Made by a program: the position numbers and the translations under genes. Positions 60,820-64,000 of a DNA stretch of 64,000 nt are shown here, one piece after another. Origin of the DNA: Alphaproteobacteria bacterium. GTDB lineage: Bacteria > Pseudomonadota > Alphaproteobacteria > SHVV01. The notes below the pieces were generated by a model, which did no database searches, was not told the DNA's origin, and saw only the letters and a list, made by a program, of their open reading frames with translations. Location: positions 1,088,001 to 1,152,000 of the forward strand of contig OZ253470.1 in assembly GCA_965261735.1 (NCBI GenBank). The letters run 5' to 3'. Numbering within the stretch: position 1 is the first letter of the stretch; each line of letters begins with the position of its first letter.

Positions 60820-62016
60820 CTAGGATCCGGACTCTTCCCAGAAGCTCTCGGGCACGCTGACTAGCTTGCCGTCTTCCCACATGACGATGATGTTACCCTG
60901 GCGCATCGCATCGCCCGAGCCGTCCCACCCGATGGAGCCGCTCAGCGACTCGATCGCTTTGGTGGCGGAAAAGGCCTTGCGAATTCCCTCACGCGAGAGG
61001 TCGCCACCGGCATTCTTGATGATGTTGGCGGTGACCAGCACGCCGTCTATGCACAGCATCGACCACAGGGAGGGCTCCCTGTCGAAGCGCTTGCGGAAGG
61101 CCGCCTGCATGTCCTTCACGTAGGGCCGGGGGTCACCGGGGTCGTAGAGGCTGTAGAGATAGGTGCCGCCGCGGGTATCGGTCTTAGCGACCTTGCCCTT
61201 CGACATCTTCCAATAATCCGTTTGGCTGATCCCGAGACCGCCGAGGACCGGCTGGTTGAGGCCGGCGTCGCGCGCCTGTCCAATCCACTGCCCACCGTCG
61301 AACGCCTGCAGGACGCCGAAGAAGACATCGACGTTGGCGCCCTTCAACTTGGTGACCTGCGCCTTGAAGTCGGTGTCCCCGGTCTTACCGGTGGATTCCA
61401 CCAGCTCGATACCGAGCTTTTTCGCCTCGGCCCGCCAAATCTGGGCGTTGGCCACGACCGCCTCGTCGTCGTGCGTATACAGCAGCGCCGCCTTCTTGAT
61501 GTTGAAGCGCTTCTGCGCCTTGGGCAGGAACACGGGCACCGCGCTATGCGCCTGCGGCAACGAGCGGAACATCCATTGATTGAAATGGCCGAGGCGCCAG
61601 AAACCGGCCGATGAATAGGCGAAGACCGGAATCTTGTACTGTTCGGCGAGATCGTGGACCGCGACGACCAGCGACGTGCCGCCGACGTTGAGGATGATCG
61701 GCACGTCGGGATCGCGCGCCAGCTTCTTGAAGACGCTGACCCCGAAAGGCAAATCCTCGAACGGAGCATCGACCACGTAAGCCTTGACCGGCCGTCCATT
61801 GATGCCACCGGCCGCATTGACCATGTCCTCGCCGACCAGGGTGCCATCCCACATCATGTCGCCCCACGCGGCGGCAACGCCGGACATCGACACCATGAAC
61901 GGAATCCGCCAAGGCTTGCCCTTGGGATCGGCCGCCTCCGCCGGCGACGCCAAGACCATCGCAGCAGCGACGGCAACGCCTACCAGCAAAGACGTTAAAC
62001 GCTGAACTCCTGTCAT
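60820..62016 (-). CDS. ABC transporter substrate-binding protein, paralog of 54936-56114
   Basis: Signal peptide; shared RIPFM, KLAR.P, KFNIK-like, VANAQI, QAFD.GQ, IGW.GSGDA and VPESFW. Confidence 0.88.
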   Translation of the reverse strand: MTGVQRLTSLLVGVAVAAAMVLASPAEAADPKGKPWRIPFMVSMSGVAAAWGDMMWDGTLVGEDMVNAAGGINGRPVKAYVVDAPFEDLPFGVSVFKKLARDPDVPIILNVGGTSLVVAVHDLAEQYKIPVFAYSSAGFWRLGHFNQWMFRSLPQAHSAVPVFLPKAQKRFNIKKAALLYTHDDEAVVANAQIWRAEAKKLGIELVESTGKTGDTDFKAQVTKLKGANVDVFFGVLQAFDGGQWIGQARDAGLNQPVLGGLGISQTDYWKMSKGKVAKTDTRGGTYLYSLYDPGDPRPYVKDMQAAFRKRFDREPSLWSMLCIDGVLVTANIIKNAGGDLSREGIRKAFSATKAIESLSGSIGWDGSGDAMRQGNIIVMWEDGKLVSVPESFWEESGS

Positions 62017-62580
62017 GACTCTCCTCCCTGTCTCAAGCTAAGGCCTTGGCCGGCACAACAACGCCGCTCTTCCTAACCTTGCGATCAGTCTAGATCAATC
62101 TCGGGCCTATGGGAACCCGATCGGGGTGTACCCGCGGGGCCTTCGTAGTTCGCACCGTTGAGCGCCATCCACACGAGATTGTCGAAATGGTGGGTGCCGT
62201 GCTCGCTCTGCCACGAGCGCTCCGCATCGACCATGAGGCGACTCTGCGTGTAGCCGCGCGAGCGCACGCCCTGCTGCTGGCGTTCGATGGCGCTGATGTC
62301 TTGGGGCCAGACGACATTGCTGTAATTGTTCATTTGGCCGACGTCGTACGCGGTCGGCGGGTCGTTGAGGCAGAAATTGACGATGTGGCGGGTCGAATGG
62401 TCGGCGTCGTCGGCGAGAGCGTGCAGTATCTTGAAATTACTCGGCCCCTGGTGGGCGACGAAGATCAGGTTCGGCCACAGAAACCAGATGTAGACGTCAC
62501 GCAAGCCGCCCTCGCCGAAGTCGTAGGGCAGCTTCTCCTTGTTGCGCTCCATCATCTCGTAGTTGCCGCGAATGATGTGG

Positions 62581-63610
62581 CTTGCCTATCCGGTTAACGC
62601 CCATGGCCGCTACATGTAGGGTGCCACCACTCTCCCGAGTAAAGCTCGGCATAGGTTGGAGCAGAGGTGTCGCCCGCGATGCCGAGCAATGAGCGGAAGG
62701 CGTTGAACGGGTAGAACCGCCTGTTGAAGCGGAAGGTGAACTCGTTGAGGTAGGCTTGTAGGTGCTGGTGGCTAACGCCGTGGTGGATACCGATCAGCCA
62801 CGTCTTCAGGTTGGCGAAAACCAGATGGATGATCGGCAGGTATTGCTCGGCAACCTCTGGATCACCACACTCGGCAACAGCGAAGTGCTCATAGCCGCGC
62901 TTACCGAGGCCAGCATAGCCGCTCCAATCGTCAGTAACGATCAGCGATCGCGGCGCGACGGTGCTCTCGACGAACCCACAGAGCGACTCGGCGCTACGGT
63001 CGAGCACGACGGCGATGGCACAGGAGACGGGAACCTTGTGGTGAACACCACGGCCTTCCCCACGCGTTCGCCCGCCAACCCAGGTTTCGTCCACCTCAAC
63101 ATGGCTCTTGGGCTGTCCACCGATCCTGTCTTGGTTGGGCCGCACCATGCCCGAGCGGAGCTTGTGGAGAATTTGAAAGGCCGTCTCGTAGCGCGAAAGA
63201 CCAAGTTGCCGCTGAAACTGCACGGCGGACATGCCGGGCGTCTGACTGGCGACCAGATAAGCGGCCCAGAACCAGACGTTCAGCGGAGTGTGGCTACGCT
63301 CCATCACTGTTCCCACCGTCAGCCCGGTGTTCTGGCGGCACTTGCGGCAGCGCAGGACGCCAGGGCGGTTTTCAAAGTGGAACGGCTCTCCCGCCGTGCC
63401 GCAGTGCGGGCAGGCAAAGCCGTCTCCCCAGCGGGCTTTCTCCAGGTAGGCGGCGCAGGCCGCATCATCGGGGAAAAGTCGCTGGAACTCGGGTAGCGAA
63501 TGCGGGAATGGGAGATCGGCGCGGTCGAGAACATCCATGGCGCGCTCCCCTATATCCGGGTTGCGCCCATTCTAGCCCTAGTGGGTGTGGGTGTAAACCG
63601 GATAGGCAAG
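62581..63610 (-). mobile_element. IS1595 ISSod11-like copy E with a 75-bp internal deletion (1030 bp)
   Basis: Intact TIRs. TSD TGATGTGG at 62573-62580 and 63611-63618. Confidence 0.97.
62594..63538 (-). CDS. IS1595 transposase, in-frame 25-aa deletion variant
   Basis: 314 aa; lacks EVRHRKPGTKLDNRKDGRYAGRVRL. Confidence 0.9.
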   Translation of the reverse strand: MDVLDRADLPFPHSLPEFQRLFPDDAACAAYLEKARWGDGFACPHCGTAGEPFHFENRPGVLRCRKCRQNTGLTVGTVMERSHTPLNVWFWAAYLVASQTPGMSAVQFQRQLGLSRYETAFQILHKLRSGMVRPNQDRIGGQPKSHVEVDETWVGGRTRGEGRGVHHKVPVSCAIAVVLDRSAESLCGFVESTVAPRSLIVTDDWSGYAGLGKRGYEHFAVAECGDPEVAEQYLPIIHLVFANLKTWLIGIHHGVSHQHLQAYLNEFTFRFNRRFYPFNAFRSLLGIAGDTSAPTYAELYSGEWWHPTCSGHGR

Positions 63611-64000
63611 TGATGTGGGTCGTCCAGTACTCGTGCTCGATCGATTCCCAGCTCGTCTCGACGTAGCCGTTTCCCGAGCCCATGAGCTGCGGATGCAACG
63701 TCGGGCAGTGGTAGCACTCGAGCCCGTCGAGGATGAACTTCCAGTTGGCCTTGATATCGAAGCTCTCGCGACGCACGCAGGTCAGGGCATCGAAATCTGG
63801 GATCACCGTCCGGAGCTCGTCGAGGAGCCCGGCGGCGATATCGGCGAGCGGGGTAGCGTCCGGGTCGAAATTGACGAACACCATCGGTCCGAGTTCGGCA
63901 ACGCCGATCTCGGGAAGGCAGAAGTCTTCGTGCTCGAACCCGGCGACGTTCTCAGAGTTGCCCGCGGCCTTCAGGTTGCCCTCGAGATCGTACGTCCAGG

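Larger units (their letters stand above)
62085..64000 (-). pseudogene. Rieske oxygenase alpha subunit (CntA-like) interrupted by IS1595; 5' end outside the window
   Basis: WTYDLEGNLKAAG and DGLECYHCPTLH. YWTTH|IIRGNY joins across the IS. C-terminal SEHGTHHFD. Confidence 0.9.

Overview
High-GC bacterial window; the gene set suggests an alphaproteobacterium (inference). It mixes catabolic and metabolic genes with heavy IS1595-family activity. Metabolic content includes ald plus an omega-transaminase, a kinase with an atypical enolase, IorAB, fhs, CoA-dependent enzymes, an amidase and an isochorismatase, six Rieske oxygenase alpha subunits, two orphan solute-binding proteins and a form II CoxL-like subunit. 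One 1105-bp ISSod11-like element is present as four full-length copies, one internally deleted copy and one end remnant. Two copies cleanly interrupt genes with 8-bp target site duplications (TSDs), and two have lost their TSDs. The most notable feature is a complete 3171-bp ISNwi1-like transporter IS (39636-42806) with perfect 23-bp terminal inverted repeats (TIRs) and an 8-bp TSD. It carries a three-gene cargo operon centred on a single-chain beta-class DNA methyltransferase fused to a Zn-HNH nuclease. Other notable signals are a 48-bp duplication of a Rieske gene 3' end bracketing foreign DNA, an 8-bp duplication scar, a degenerate Fic-motif protein and a PIMT with a signal peptide. Several 1-nt homopolymer indels may be sequencing errors. 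No rRNA, tRNA or CRISPR array was seen.
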